DNA of 64,000 nucleotides from an uncultured Methanosarcinaceae archaeon (lineage in GTDB: Archaea > Halobacteriota > Methanosarcinia > Methanosarcinales > Methanosarcinaceae): assembly GCA_963727895.1 (NCBI GenBank), contig CAVSHT010000012.1:192001-256000 (forward strand). The letters are read 5' to 3'. Below are positions 34,367 to 45,286 of the stretch, piece after piece. The position numbers and the translations under genes are program-made. The first letter of the stretch is position 1. Each line of letters opens with the position of its first letter. The notes beneath the pieces were generated by a model. It was not told where the DNA came from. It did not search any database and saw only the letters and a list, made by a program, of their open reading frames with translations.

Positions 34367-35132
34367 GGCATTGGTACTCAAAAATAGATATATATGCTTA
34401 TAACATATATTTCTTCATGAACTGCCCCATATGCAATAGTTCTAATTACAAAAAGAATGGTATAGTTGGTGGTCGTCAACGCTACAAATGCCATGATTGT
34501 GGATATAACTACACAGTAGAGCTAAAATCAACTGCTTTTTCCACTTCTGTAAAAAGACAGGCTTTACAACTCTATCTTGAAGGATTGGGCTTTCGCTCAA
34601 TAGGAAGAGTTTTAGGGGTGAGTCATGTTTCTGTCCAAAAACGGATCAAGAAATTTGGTCAAGAGTGAGAGAATCTAAAAAGTGAAAGTGAGATATCTAT
34701 TGTTGAAATGGATGAAATGCACACGTACATCGGTAACAAAAAAAATATTGCTGGATCTGGATTGCTGTTGATAGAGTTGGGAAAAAGTTCATCAACTGCT
34801 CTTTTGGCAGCAGAGGAACAGAAACTGGAAAACTACTTTGGGAAAAATTGAAGAAAAAAGAGATTGGAGAAGTGATGACAGATCACTGGAGGGCATATGC
34901 AGAGTTTCTTCCAGAAAAGAGTCATACTCAATCCAAAGCAAAAACGTATACTGTTGAAGGATATAACAGCATATTGAGACATTTTCTAGCAAGATTAAGA
35001 AGAAAGACAAAGTGTTATACGAAGAGTCTTGAAATGCTAAAGTACTCGGTTATTCTATTGATGAAATACAGAAATAAAAAGTTAAATATGTTTAGTTACA
35101 TAAAGAGTTAAATATGTTTAGTTACCACTACT
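34367..35132 (+). mobile_element. IS1-family insertion sequence, copy 2 (inactive)
   Basis: GGCATTGG left end; 8-bp target duplication AAATATTT (34359-34366, 35133-35140); nonsense TGA 34666-34668; 26-bp-period duplication near the right end. Confidence 0.92.
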
Positions 35133-35150
35133 AAATATTTTTTACGATCT

Positions 35151-36191
35151 TTAATCTAAAATGGGTTTTCCATAGGCAAAATCTTCAAGTTCCCTAACTT
35201 TTTTCCAGAGTTCTTTACATTCACAGTCAATCTTACTAAGGTCTGCAGGGTTCTGGGTAAGTGAGAATGTCCTCAGAGAGTCTGCGACGTCCGAGCTGCA
35301 GATTTTACAGTTGTGGGGGCCGCGTTTTGAGCCTGCACCTACCGGGTCTGACATCAGAGGCAGGTCTGGATGTGAGGCTTTTGCTCTTTGCAGAATTTCT
35401 ACAATGCTCCAGAGCCAGGGGGGGCGGTATTGTCCTTTTTCCCAGAGAGTCTCTACAAGAGTGCCTTTCTGGATGTTGCAGAGGTTGATGGAGATTGTGT
35501 CAGCGTAAGGTGCTGCATCATCTATAGAATGAATAATATCCTCAAGGGCCTGCCTCTCGGAAAGAAAGAGAGGTTTTAACATCAAGTATGCTTTTATGGT
35601 TACCCCATTTTTTCTTGCAATTTCTGCGGCACGGACAAAGTCCATGAATGTAAAACCTTTATTTATAGAGTCCTTACGGATTTTGTCCGAACTAGTCTCC
35701 AATCCAAAAGCCAGCTCAAAGGGTTTATTTTTCAGGATTTTGAGACACTCTTGCACATTATCTTCGGTTACGAAGTTAGGGCGGGTCTCTGCAAGTATCT
35801 TGACAACTCTTTGGTCTTCTTCAAGGATTTTGAGGATCATATCTCTTGCCTCATAAGGAACCTCTTGCTCGTCAAGAAAACTTCCTGAGGTAAAGATTTT
35901 GACCATAAACTTGGAAAATTTTTCAGTTTTTTTCATCGCTCTTGCAAGCTGGGCTTTGTAATCTTCCAGAGTTGGGGGTTCACTTGCACAGTCATAGACA
36001 TAACCGCACATAGTACACCCTCCGGCTTTTCCCCAGCGGCAACCTGCGCTCTTGAAGATTATAGTTAGAGTTTTTACCTGAATTCCATTTACAAGGTCAA
36101 CTCCTGTCCAGCTTGCCGCAGGTTCATCTGTGGGAGAAGGTTTAACTTTAATCCGTTGTCGGATTTCCATTACTGCTTTATTTAGTGTCAT
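35151..36191 (-). CDS. Archaeosine biosynthesis radical SAM protein RaSEA
   Basis: CRWGKAGGCTMCGY, KIFTSGSFLD, GLET, KAYLMLKP, YRPPWLWS, RGPHNC. Confidence 0.88.
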   Translation of the reverse strand: MTLNKAVMEIRQRIKVKPSPTDEPAASWTGVDLVNGIQVKTLTIIFKSAGCRWGKAGGCTMCGYVYDCASEPPTLEDYKAQLARAMKKTEKFSKFMVKIFTSGSFLDEQEVPYEARDMILKILEEDQRVVKILAETRPNFVTEDNVQECLKILKNKPFELAFGLETSSDKIRKDSINKGFTFMDFVRAAEIARKNGVTIKAYLMLKPLFLSERQALEDIIHSIDDAAPYADTISINLCNIQKGTLVETLWEKGQYRPPWLWSIVEILQRAKASHPDLPLMSDPVGAGSKRGPHNCKICSSDVADSLRTFSLTQNPADLSKIDCECKELWKKVRELEDFAYGKPILD

Positions 36192-36308
36192 GGGCGTAAA
36201 AACTCGCTTTGTGGCTTGCTTTATAATTGTAAAAAAGATTTCTTAAGCTGAAAAGCAGCTTCATATTTATGTTGTACTCTATAAATCTATCTCTTTCTGG
36301 TTTGTACT

Positions 36309-37226
36309 TCATTCAAACTCAATTGTGGCAGGTGGTTTTGGTGTAATGTCATAAACCACTCTAGCCACTTGTGGAATTTCGGAAGTGATTCTTGCTTCTA
36401 GTTTTTTAAGTACATTCCAGGGAAGTTCTAACGTTTCTGCTGTCATTCCGTCTCTTGAACCTACAGCTCTTACAGCTACGATCCAGCCATAAGCTCGGAT
36501 ATCTCCTTTTACTCCTGTTCCTTTGCCAAGAACAGCAGCAAAAGTCTGCCAGGGACAGAACCTGTCAAGAAGTTCTTCTTCTACTATGGAGTTTGCTTCC
36601 CTTACAACTTCAAGTTTCTCTTCTGTAATTTCTCCAAGAATCCTTACAGCTAGACCAGGCCCAGGAAAAGGCATTCTTTCACATATCTCGTCAGGTAATT
36701 GAAGTGCCCAGGCAACTTCTCTAACCTCATCTTTGTAAAGGTCTGCAATAGGTTCGATTATACTTTTGAAATCCATTACACTGGGCAACCCTCCAACATT
36801 GTGGTGGGACTTGATTCCGCCTTCAGACTCAATTCTATCAGGATAAATCGTGCCTTGAATTAGATAGTCGGCTGTAAGTTTCCTTGCTTCTTCTTCAAAC
36901 ACGCGGATAAAAGTCTCACCTATAGCCTTTCTTTTTTCTTCAGGGTCAGTTATGCCCTTCAGGGATGCAAGGAATCTATCCTTTGCATAAACAACATCAA
37001 GGTTCATATGCGAAAAAATATGTTTTATTCTCTCAGTTTCTCCTTTTCTCATGAGTCCGGTGTCTATATATATAGGCTGTAATCTGTCTCCTATAGCTCT
37101 ATGAGCCAGCTCTGCACAAACAGAACTGTCCACTCCTCCAGAAAGCGCAATAATTGCTCTCCCGTCCTTTATTTCCTTGCTAATTTTCTCTATTGCTTTT
37201 GGTATGAACTTTTCGGGTTTTACCAT
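36309..37226 (-). CDS. guaAB: GMP synthase, ATP pyrophosphatase subunit B
   Basis: [45 protein letters not shown]. Confidence 0.96.
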   Translation of the reverse strand: MVKPEKFIPKAIEKISKEIKDGRAIIALSGGVDSSVCAELAHRAIGDRLQPIYIDTGLMRKGETERIKHIFSHMNLDVVYAKDRFLASLKGITDPEEKRKAIGETFIRVFEEEARKLTADYLIQGTIYPDRIESEGGIKSHHNVGGLPSVMDFKSIIEPIADLYKDEVREVAWALQLPDEICERMPFPGPGLAVRILGEITEEKLEVVREANSIVEEELLDRFCPWQTFAAVLGKGTGVKGDIRAYGWIVAVRAVGSRDGMTAETLELPWNVLKKLEARITSEIPQVARVVYDITPKPPATIEFE

Positions 37227-37326
37227 TGAAATGCTCCTTAAGTGATGATAAAGTGAAATCCTTTGAAAAATGATCGTGGTCAGTGAACACTATCTGAATT
37301 TATCTGAATTTGGGTATTTTATTTCA

Positions 37327-37528
37327 GTCGAATACCCCGCTAGCTTGCTGCGGGGATGAAAACTTCCCCGGTAACCGTTGAAATAATATAATTTACAATT
37401 TCATTTTTCGGTTACTAACTTCTGCTTAAACTAAATTATTTAGGGTTATTATTTCCTTTAACGGAATTTCGAGCGGTGGCGGAACATACCCCGTTGCTTG
37501 CAGCGGGGTGCGCCAGCGCAACTTTGAT
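37327..37528. mobile_element. ~200-bp non-coding twin-hairpin element, probably non-autonomous IS200/IS605-type
   Basis: Two related GC-rich hairpins, ATACCCCGCTAGCTTGCTGCGGGG (37332-37355) and ATACCCCGTTGCTTGCAGCGGGGT (37486-37509), around an AT-rich core; no TIR, TSD or ORF; ends approximate. Confidence 0.55.
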
Positions 37529-37779
37529 TATGGATATGAATTTGTGCATGGGAGTTTTGATATTTAAAGGTATCATAAAAGTACTCTGTAGAAATCTTCT
37601 ATGGTCTATTTACACAAAAATTTATCAAAATAAAATTTAAAAATTGTTCCTTATTTTTGTCCCCACAAAAAATTAAGAGCAATTATTGTCATCAAATAAG
37701 TATATTAAATTTATTGACTTCAGTCTTAAAACTGTTTTTGCTTTATGCATACCTATGGTTCTTGTACGTAGGTAAGCTA

Positions 37780-38854
37780 TAGTCACCTCTGTATTTACTG
37801 CAACATTCTTATACCTGAAATTAGTATATAATTTTATATATGAGTTTGGAAATATTTACAATTTTTGATATTTCTACAGCTATCATAAATTCCTGTAACA
37901 AAAACGAGCAGATTAAACTTCAAGCCTTATTATTGGTCAAAAATGGTTTGAGTCCCGCTAAAGTTGCCGACGATTTTTCAGTTCACCGTTCAACTGTTCA
38001 TCGCTGGATAAAACGAGCTGAAACCGACGGTTTGTTTAGCCTAAAATGTAAACCTGGTAGAGGAATCAAGTCTTTTTTAACTGCAGAACAATTATCTGAG
38101 TTAAGAGAGGCATTTTTAGAACCTATACCAACAGATGATGTTTATTCTCGTGGTTGGCAAACAAAAGATGCAGTTCAATTTGTCAAGGAAAAATTTGGAG
38201 TATCTTATTCCAAATCAAGAATGAGACAAATTTTAAAAAATTTAGGGTTGAGAAAAATCACATGTCGACCTCAATCTAAAAGAAGAAATGAAGTGCTTAA
38301 AAATGAATTTATAAAAGAAGTCCAAAAAACAGATTACTAAACCCTAATCATTTATTCGTTACCCATGATGAAAGTAATTTTTGTGTGGATTCAAATAGAT
38401 CAAGATGTTGGGCAATAAAGGGCTCAAAACCTATTAAATTTACAAGTGGTTCAAAAGCAAAAATCAATATTGGGGATTCTACACTGAAAATGGAGAATTT
38501 TATTGGTATGATTTAGGAATTACACAGAATACAGACTCTTACTTAAAATCATTAATCAAGTTTCAAAGAGATATAGGGGCAATGATATTTCTTTTACTGG
38601 ACAGAGCTACATGGCATAGATCAGCAAAGGCAAAGGAATTTTATCAAAATAATAAGCATTGGTTGAAAATAATATTTTTCCCTCCAGCTACTCCAGATAG
38701 GAACCCAACAGAATACTGTTGGAAAGTGACAAGAGAAAACTTAACGTCAATAAAATCATTTAAAAATATTGAAGCATTAAAGGAAGAAATGAATGAATTT
38801 TGGGAGAAACATACATTTAAACATAAAATGTCGCATTATTTAAAGTGGTGACTA
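37780..38854 (+). mobile_element. IS630-family insertion sequence
   Basis: TIRs TAGTCACC.../...GGTGACTA, TA duplication in a CTAG target; HTH ORF 37840..38340 then DDE region (HDES, LLDRA.WH, NPTE) reached by a -1 shift at A6 38324-38329; extra frameshift at G4 38472-38475. Confidence 0.92.
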
Positions 38855-38943
38855 TAGAAAACAGATGAACTAAGCAAAAATACTCAAAGATAAAGTCCTA
38901 ACTGGCTACTAATATGTGAGCTAAAATAACTACAAAATAATAT

Positions 38944-39909
38944 TTACACGTAATCAATTTCCTTAGCTACCTCTACTAAGGAATACTTCACAATTCCTCT
39001 CATTGTCATATACACTCCAACAAGTGATAAAAAAATCATCAGGAATACCGGCCAGAAATGCAAACTTTCAATTCCAAATATGATAATTCCTTCAAAAAAT
39101 CTAACTCCCATATAAAAACTGCATGTAGCAAGAGCAAAGCCCGGTACAGCATAGAAATATAGAGGTTTATTGACCTCGATATCAATAAATATAGTTTTCA
39201 TGACTTCAAACATATACTTGGCTGGATTTTTAACTTGAGCTCCAAATCTACGATGGGTACCAATTTCGACTTCTTTTATGCGGAGGCCGGATTTTCCTGC
39301 GAGCATCTCACTTTCTATTATCATTCCTTGAGAATCAAAATAAAAGATATCTTTTATGGAAGCTGCACAGGCACGGAAGATGGTCTGAGGATCTTTAATT
39401 TTTTCCGGGTTTTTTTTTGTAAACTTGCTCAAGATGCTTTGCCCAACACGGCGGTAAACAAAATTTGTCATGTCCGGACTGTTCAAATATAAACTACCGT
39501 TAACTATGTCTGCACTACCTTTAATTATTGGAGCAATAAGCTTGGGGATATCTGCAGGGTTATGATGTCCATTAGAACTCATTGTTACAATTATATCGGC
39601 ACCTAGATCAACTGCGGCTTTAAAACCGGTTTCAAGAGCTGAACCTTTTCCTGTGTTAGTCTGATGAACTATTAATTCAGCTCCAGCTTTTTTTGCGATA
39701 TCGGCAGTTCTATCTGAACTTGCGTTATCAACTACAATTACTTTATCGGTATAGAGTTTTGTGAGAAGGATAATGCTTCCAATAGAAGCTTCTTCATTGT
39801 GAGCAGGAAGGACTGCAATAATATTTTTTGAAATTTTGCCCATAATACATTTATTTTTTTTATGTCGTATGGGCTTGATACTATTATTTCTAATTAGCTG
39901 GTTAATCAT
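38944..39909 (-). CDS. GT2-family glycosyltransferase (DPM1-like) with C-terminal TM helices and degenerate motifs
   Basis: LPAHNEE, VVDNASSDRT, NTGKGSAL; the DxD position reads SSN. Confidence 0.8.
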   Translation of the reverse strand: MINQLIRNNSIKPIRHKKNKCIMGKISKNIIAVLPAHNEEASIGSIILLTKLYTDKVIVVDNASSDRTADIAKKAGAELIVHQTNTGKGSALETGFKAAVDLGADIIVTMSSNGHHNPADIPKLIAPIIKGSADIVNGSLYLNSPDMTNFVYRRVGQSILSKFTKKNPEKIKDPQTIFRACAASIKDIFYFDSQGMIIESEMLAGKSGLRIKEVEIGTHRRFGAQVKNPAKYMFEVMKTIFIDIEVNKPLYFYAVPGFALATCSFYMGVRFFEGIIIFGIESLHFWPVFLMIFLSLVGVYMTMRGIVKYSLVEVAKEIDYV

Positions 39910-40757
39910 CTTTTGGCATCTCCCTCAATATTATATACCTATACGGTGTGTTTGGTACATTTAGATTGAAAACTTTAGGAACATTGAATCTAGAAAATAT
40001 TAAGTATAATTAACAGTACAAATTACTAATCTTTTTTAAGTTATATTTCTAAGCAGAGTATATAAATTTATTGACAGTTCTTGTTCAGATAAATAGTTAT
40101 AATAATGTATCAGTATTTGGAGGCTCTATTCAAAATAACTAAAATTCTGTAATTGAAATAACAGTCATTGAATATATTTATTAATAATTTCACTATGATT
40201 AATATCTCTAATGTATCACATAGGCAAGCTCTAAAATCACTGTTATAGACGTTTTAAACCTTCAAAATTTCAGTCTCGTAGGTTATCAGATTTTCTTATT
40301 TATCTAAAAATACTTAGGTTTCAAAGCAATATTGTTCCTGCTTACCCATTACCTCATTTTTAAATATTGGAATTTTGAGGATACGAAAACAATAAAGAGA
40401 TAAGATAGATTAACTGAATTTGCTTGAAATAAATGAAAAAACACCATTAAAATGAATCAATATTTAAAATATTTTCTAAGTAAATGTTTAAGCTTCCTTT
40501 ATTATAAATTAATTATTAGACATAGTTCTAAAAAGGGCTCAGGAAAAGAAATAAAAAGGAAGCTGGAAATTGAGAAGGGAGTATTATGGTAAAGAATGGC
40601 AGAAAATTAGTATGTATTACTAAACTGGGCCGAAAATCGGAACGAAACTTTTGAATATTGAGCGTCTTGGAAATATAGATCGAAAGAATGAAATGGTTTC
40701 GAAAAATATTTACTCTTCTACACGAAACTAATAAAATATATTTTTTATTATATCTGG

Positions 40758-41699
40758 ATGACCTGCATGACCGGAAAAAAAGTTCCCTCAGATCTGTTTA
40801 TTGTTATGGGGCTTGTGCTCCTTACAGATATTTTTGTACTCATTCCCGGAATAAATGAAACAATGCTCCGGAACACAATTGGGCTACTCTTTGTGCTTTT
40901 TCTACCAGGGTATGCTTTGATTGCAGCGCTTTTCCCTGCAAAATCGGATCTTGACGGGATTGAACGTGTGGCTCTTTCTTTCGGATTAAGCATCGCAATT
41001 GTGCCCCTAATAGGCTTGGGTCTTAATTATACTCCTTGGGGTATCAGAACCCTGCCAATTCTCATAAGTCTTTCCGTTTTCACCTTTATTATGTGTGGGG
41101 TTGCATATCTGAGGCGTTTAAGGCTTCCAGAGACTGAGGCTTTTAAAGTGCCCTTCAAGGAAACAGCTATTTCACTCAAAGCCGATATTATGGGAAGTTC
41201 AGAATCCAGAATGGATAAAGCTCTTACTATTATTCTGATTCTATCTATTCTCTTGTCTGTGGGAACCCTTGTATATGTTATCGTAACTCCAAAAGAAGGA
41301 GAACATTTCACTGAATTTTACATACTTGGACCACAGGGAAAAGCTGACAATTATACTACAAATTACACGCTGGGGCAGAGTGGAACCCTAATAGTTGGAG
41401 TTGTAAATCATGAATATAAACCCATGAATTATACAATGAAAGTAAAGCTTGGAAATAAATCACTTTATCTTCCGGAAAATGTAACGCATATTAGTCTTGC
41501 TTATAACGAAACATGGGAAAAACCAGTTGTTATTACTCCTCCGATTGAAGGAAATAAGATGAAGCTTGAGTTCCTACTCTTTAATGAAACTGATAAAAAT
41601 GTACCTTATAGAGACCTTCATCTCTGGATAAATGTAAATGCAACTGCAACAAAAAAGCCTGGAAATTTGAATATCCAGATAATGAAAAATGCAACTTAA
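40758..41699 (+). CDS. DUF1616 domain membrane protein, copy 1
   Basis: LFLPGYAL, ERVALSFGLS, GEHFTEFYILG, VVNHE, PYRDLHLWINV. Confidence 0.85.
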   Translation: MTCMTGKKVPSDLFIVMGLVLLTDIFVLIPGINETMLRNTIGLLFVLFLPGYALIAALFPAKSDLDGIERVALSFGLSIAIVPLIGLGLNYTPWGIRTLPILISLSVFTFIMCGVAYLRRLRLPETEAFKVPFKETAISLKADIMGSSESRMDKALTIILILSILLSVGTLVYVIVTPKEGEHFTEFYILGPQGKADNYTTNYTLGQSGTLIVGVVNHEYKPMNYTMKVKLGNKSLYLPENVTHISLAYNETWEKPVVITPPIEGNKMKLEFLLFNETDKNVPYRDLHLWINVNATATKKPGNLNIQIMKNAT

Positions 41700-42169
41700 A
41701 TAGAAAACTTCTTAAACTTTAATCGTTACTAGTTTACTAGTGCAGGTCTGTAAGTTGTATATCCGCAGCTTACATTCCAGTTTCTACGTTTTTTAGATCC
41801 AGAGTTAACTTCTTTTATGATGAACTGAATTCAGAGCTAGTGCTTTTTGATTTTAGTTCATTCTTTTTGGCTATTTTTGCTTTCTACAAAGAATTAACAT
41901 GAAAAAATTATATTGTGTTTTAGTAAGAGCTGTAAAAGTTCCATTCTTTTGTAGAAATTTTGGACTTTTTATGAGGATTGAATCGTCAATAAATGCTCGA
42001 CTATCCAATAAAATTTATATACTCTCTCGTTAATAATTCTTATAGTATTACACAGGATACATTTCATGTATTTTTGTATGTTTCTACAACTGTCTATCTA
42101 TTATTCCGATGTTTCTTCCGAGTAAATAAAATTAACATAAAATTTCTCCACTAGAAAAGGAGTAATCCT

Positions 42170-43060
42170 ATGCAAAAATTAACTAATTTTCAAAAAAGAC
42201 GAAAAGAACTCAATTCTCATATTATTTCATCTTTTTTTGTCTGGAATATACCAGAAACTGAAAAAATAAATAATAAATATTTTGAGCTGAATAAACGCAA
42301 GATTCTTACTGTATTACCAGTTCTGTGTATTGTATTTACTGAATTTTTAATCTTTTTGGGAAATGTGGGAATAGCTATATGGCTTCATATCGGAATTTTG
42401 ATATCGCTTTCGTTTTCCAGCATTTTGATAAAGGACTCTGAAATCCAGAAAATTCATCAAGTACTGATGCTTCTCCCTGTCCTTAGACTTATAAACCTTT
42501 CAATGCCGATTTTTTTTGAAACAACTCTTTATACATTTATTTTTATATATGGCTCGCTAGCAATTCCTGTGGCGATTGTGATTAGTCACCAGCGATATAC
42601 CCTTGAGCAGATAGGAATATCAATGAAGAATGTAAAAGAATATATGATTCTCTCCATTCCTTTGAGTTTAGTTCTTGGACTTGGAGAATATCTGACAATA
42701 AAATCAGAGTATTTGATTCCTGATCTCACTTTCAAAAACTTACTTAAACTAACTTTTATAATGGTTTTCTTTGTAGGTTTGGTTGAAGAACTTATTTTCA
42801 GGTCAATCCTACAGACCAGACTCGAAAAAGCATTAGGTATTAGTGAATCCTTATTGATTACAGCCTTATTGTTTGGCTTTATGCACTCAGGGTACGGCAC
42901 CTTTTATGAAATTTTATATACAGGGTTTGTAGGACTAGTTATGGGATTAGCTTTCTACAAAACAAAAAGTCTTCCCTTTATTATGGTTCTTCATGGCTTT
43001 ATTAATGTTTATCTTTTCGGAATTTTTCCCTATTATTTGAATGGAGGAATAGGAATGTAA
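42170..43060 (+). CDS. CPBP (CAAX/Abi) intramembrane glutamic endopeptidase, copy 1
   Basis: EELIFR, FGFMH, HGFIN motifs in a multi-TM protein. Confidence 0.88.
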   Translation: MQKLTNFQKRRKELNSHIISSFFVWNIPETEKINNKYFELNKRKILTVLPVLCIVFTEFLIFLGNVGIAIWLHIGILISLSFSSILIKDSEIQKIHQVLMLLPVLRLINLSMPIFFETTLYTFIFIYGSLAIPVAIVISHQRYTLEQIGISMKNVKEYMILSIPLSLVLGLGEYLTIKSEYLIPDLTFKNLLKLTFIMVFFVGLVEELIFRSILQTRLEKALGISESLLITALLFGFMHSGYGTFYEILYTGFVGLVMGLAFYKTKSLPFIMVLHGFINVYLFGIFPYYLNGGIGM

Positions 43061-43387
43061 AAAAACTAATACATATATCTTTACTGGTTCTTACAGTTAT
43101 ATGTTCTTCTATGTTCTTAGTACTTTCAGAATGCTAATTTTCGACAGTTACTGCTGAATTAAATTAATTCCTTAACTGATTTCAAAGCATGAAGTATAGA
43201 ATACTTGGAAATATTATTTCCTATATTAAAAAACTAAAAATGAAATGTGTTTAAGAATAAATAAGGAATTTGGCAAAAATAGATTCGGAAGATAGTAATA
43301 AACCTACTAAAATATGGATTATAATATAATCATTTACACTGAAAATGTAAAAAGTTAAACAGGTGAAATTCCCTGTTGAGATAATTA

Positions 43388-43642
43388 TTAAGATAAAACA
43401 ACATTTAAGATCTTATACATGACAATTCCTGCAAAACAGATAAGTAAAGGCAGAATTATCATGTTGAGTGAACTATTTATAGAACTATTCCATTTTTCAG
43501 ATACTGATAACACTTCTTTCAGGGAAAGAGTACTTATGAGTCCGATGACGACTGAAGCTCCATATAGAGGAACTCCAGGGGTTGTAATCATGGAAATAGC
43601 GCTTGCAGAAATAGCACTTGATGAAATTACACTTAATAATAT
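43388..43642 (-). CDS. Small hydrophobic membrane protein, probable AUA start
   Basis: AAGGAGG SD 7 nt before an in-frame ATA at 43642; reads LLSVISSSAISASAISMITTPG...LSLKEVL...PLLICFAGIVMYK. Confidence 0.6.
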   Translation of the reverse strand: MLLSVISSSAISASAISMITTPGVPLYGASVVIGLISTLSLKEVLSVSEKWNSSINSSLNMIILPLLICFAGIVMYKILNVVLS

Positions 43643-44201
43643 GTTAGTGCCTCCTTAATGTAGGAATTTATTTTATCTATCAGAAGATACTGTATGAAAG
43701 AACCTACACATATTAAAAACTTTTCTTATGTACTTCGATTTATAATATATTTAACACCAATAATCTTCTTTTATTAAGATTCAACAGACAAATTTTTATA
43801 AATTGGTTCTCTTGTTGATGGAAAATGGTCTTGTTTTTATTTTTGGTCGGTTATTTTATCTAATATCTAGTTTTTATCAAAATCCATGTCATTAGACATG
43901 TTTCTATATGATTAATATTCACATCAGACTTTTGTTACTATAAAAATAGTGTCTTAAAAATTTGAGTATTCACTGGTTGGTTTGTGAAACTATTTTTAGT
44001 TTTTATCTTTAAGAACATTCTTATTTTTTTCAGAGGTCTAGAACCAATCGATAAAAATTTATAGTAAGCAATTAAAAAACTTTACAATGTTTTCTTTGGA
44101 AGTATATTGCTTCTAAGCTTATGCGGCAAATCAATCATTCTTAAAAAATACTACTTTCTATAAAAATTAATTTAAATCAATCTTTAAAAGGGGCAACTCC
44201 A

Positions 44202-45206
44202 GTGTATAAATTGACTCGTTTTCGTCAGACAAAAAATAGAATTACTTTAATGATTATTTCCGTTTTGATTTTGTTTTTACTGCTAATTTCTCCTGCAGCT
44301 GCATCCGTTAACAACTGGGAATTTTCTCCTCAGGAACCTGTTTGTGGAGACACTATTAGCATCACAGGAAATGCATCTCCAGAAGAGAAAGTTGACGTCT
44401 TAGTGACTTTTGAGAAAACTGTTCCTGTTTCTTCTGGTAAATTTGAATACATTCTTGAAGATGTAAAAATCCCAGAGGGTTTAAACAACTTCTTTAAAGT
44501 TGAAGCTAGTGGAGTCAAAAAACTCAATGTGAGGGTAAAAGTTATTGCTTGGATTACAAAAAGTTCAGAGGCTTCAGGTGATACTGCAACAGTGTCTCAA
44601 TCATATGTTCCCCCAGGAACTTACACGATAAAGATTGACGGAGACGCTGGAGAAGGAGTGTCAGATGTTAATCTGAAGATTACAGCTTTTCAAGGGATCG
44701 AATCTGACTCAAATGGAGATTTCAGTTATTCCTATAACACAAAAGCTGTTCCAGCCGGAGATTTTGAGATAAGCGTTGGGGATATAATGAAAAAGTTAAC
44801 TATTCAATCTGGATCCGGCTCAGATTTAAGTTCAGATGCAAGTTCTGATTCAAATTCAGATTCATCTTCTTCCAATTCTTCTTCCAGTTCTTCTTCCTCC
44901 AGTTTATCTTCTAGCTCATCTTCTAAAAATACAAAGTTTTCTTCATCTGTTGGGAACAACTCTTCTCTTTTATCAGAAACTAATTCTTCTCCAGAATCGG
45001 TTGCTTCCAATATTTCAGAAAAAAGTAATAGTTCTGAAATTAAAACTTTTAATAAAAACTTAAAACTTGAAGAGACTAATGTACAGCCCTCAGAGGAAAA
45101 CATCCAGAAACAAGGATTTTTTGGATCATCTATAGATAAGTTTTATTTGCTAGCAGGAATGGGAGCGGGACTTCTAATCTTAATTGTATATTTAAGAAAG
45201 AAGTAA
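44202..45206 (+). CDS. Secreted, C-terminally anchored surface protein with Ser-rich linker
   Basis: Signal peptide ending PAAA, beta-rich domain, poly-Ser stretch, C-terminal TM plus RKK. Confidence 0.75.
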   Translation: MYKLTRFRQTKNRITLMIISVLILFLLLISPAAASVNNWEFSPQEPVCGDTISITGNASPEEKVDVLVTFEKTVPVSSGKFEYILEDVKIPEGLNNFFKVEASGVKKLNVRVKVIAWITKSSEASGDTATVSQSYVPPGTYTIKIDGDAGEGVSDVNLKITAFQGIESDSNGDFSYSYNTKAVPAGDFEISVGDIMKKLTIQSGSGSDLSSDASSDSNSDSSSSNSSSSSSSSSLSSSSSSKNTKFSSSVGNNSSLLSETNSSPESVASNISEKSNSSEIKTFNKNLKLEETNVQPSEENIQKQGFFGSSIDKFYLLAGMGAGLLILIVYLRKK

Positions 45207-45286
45207 GTAAAGGGTGTTAGTTCCTGACAAAACCAGTGAAAAAATTTTGTTATTGAGGGTATCGGTTAAAAAAATTATCTGTAAAT

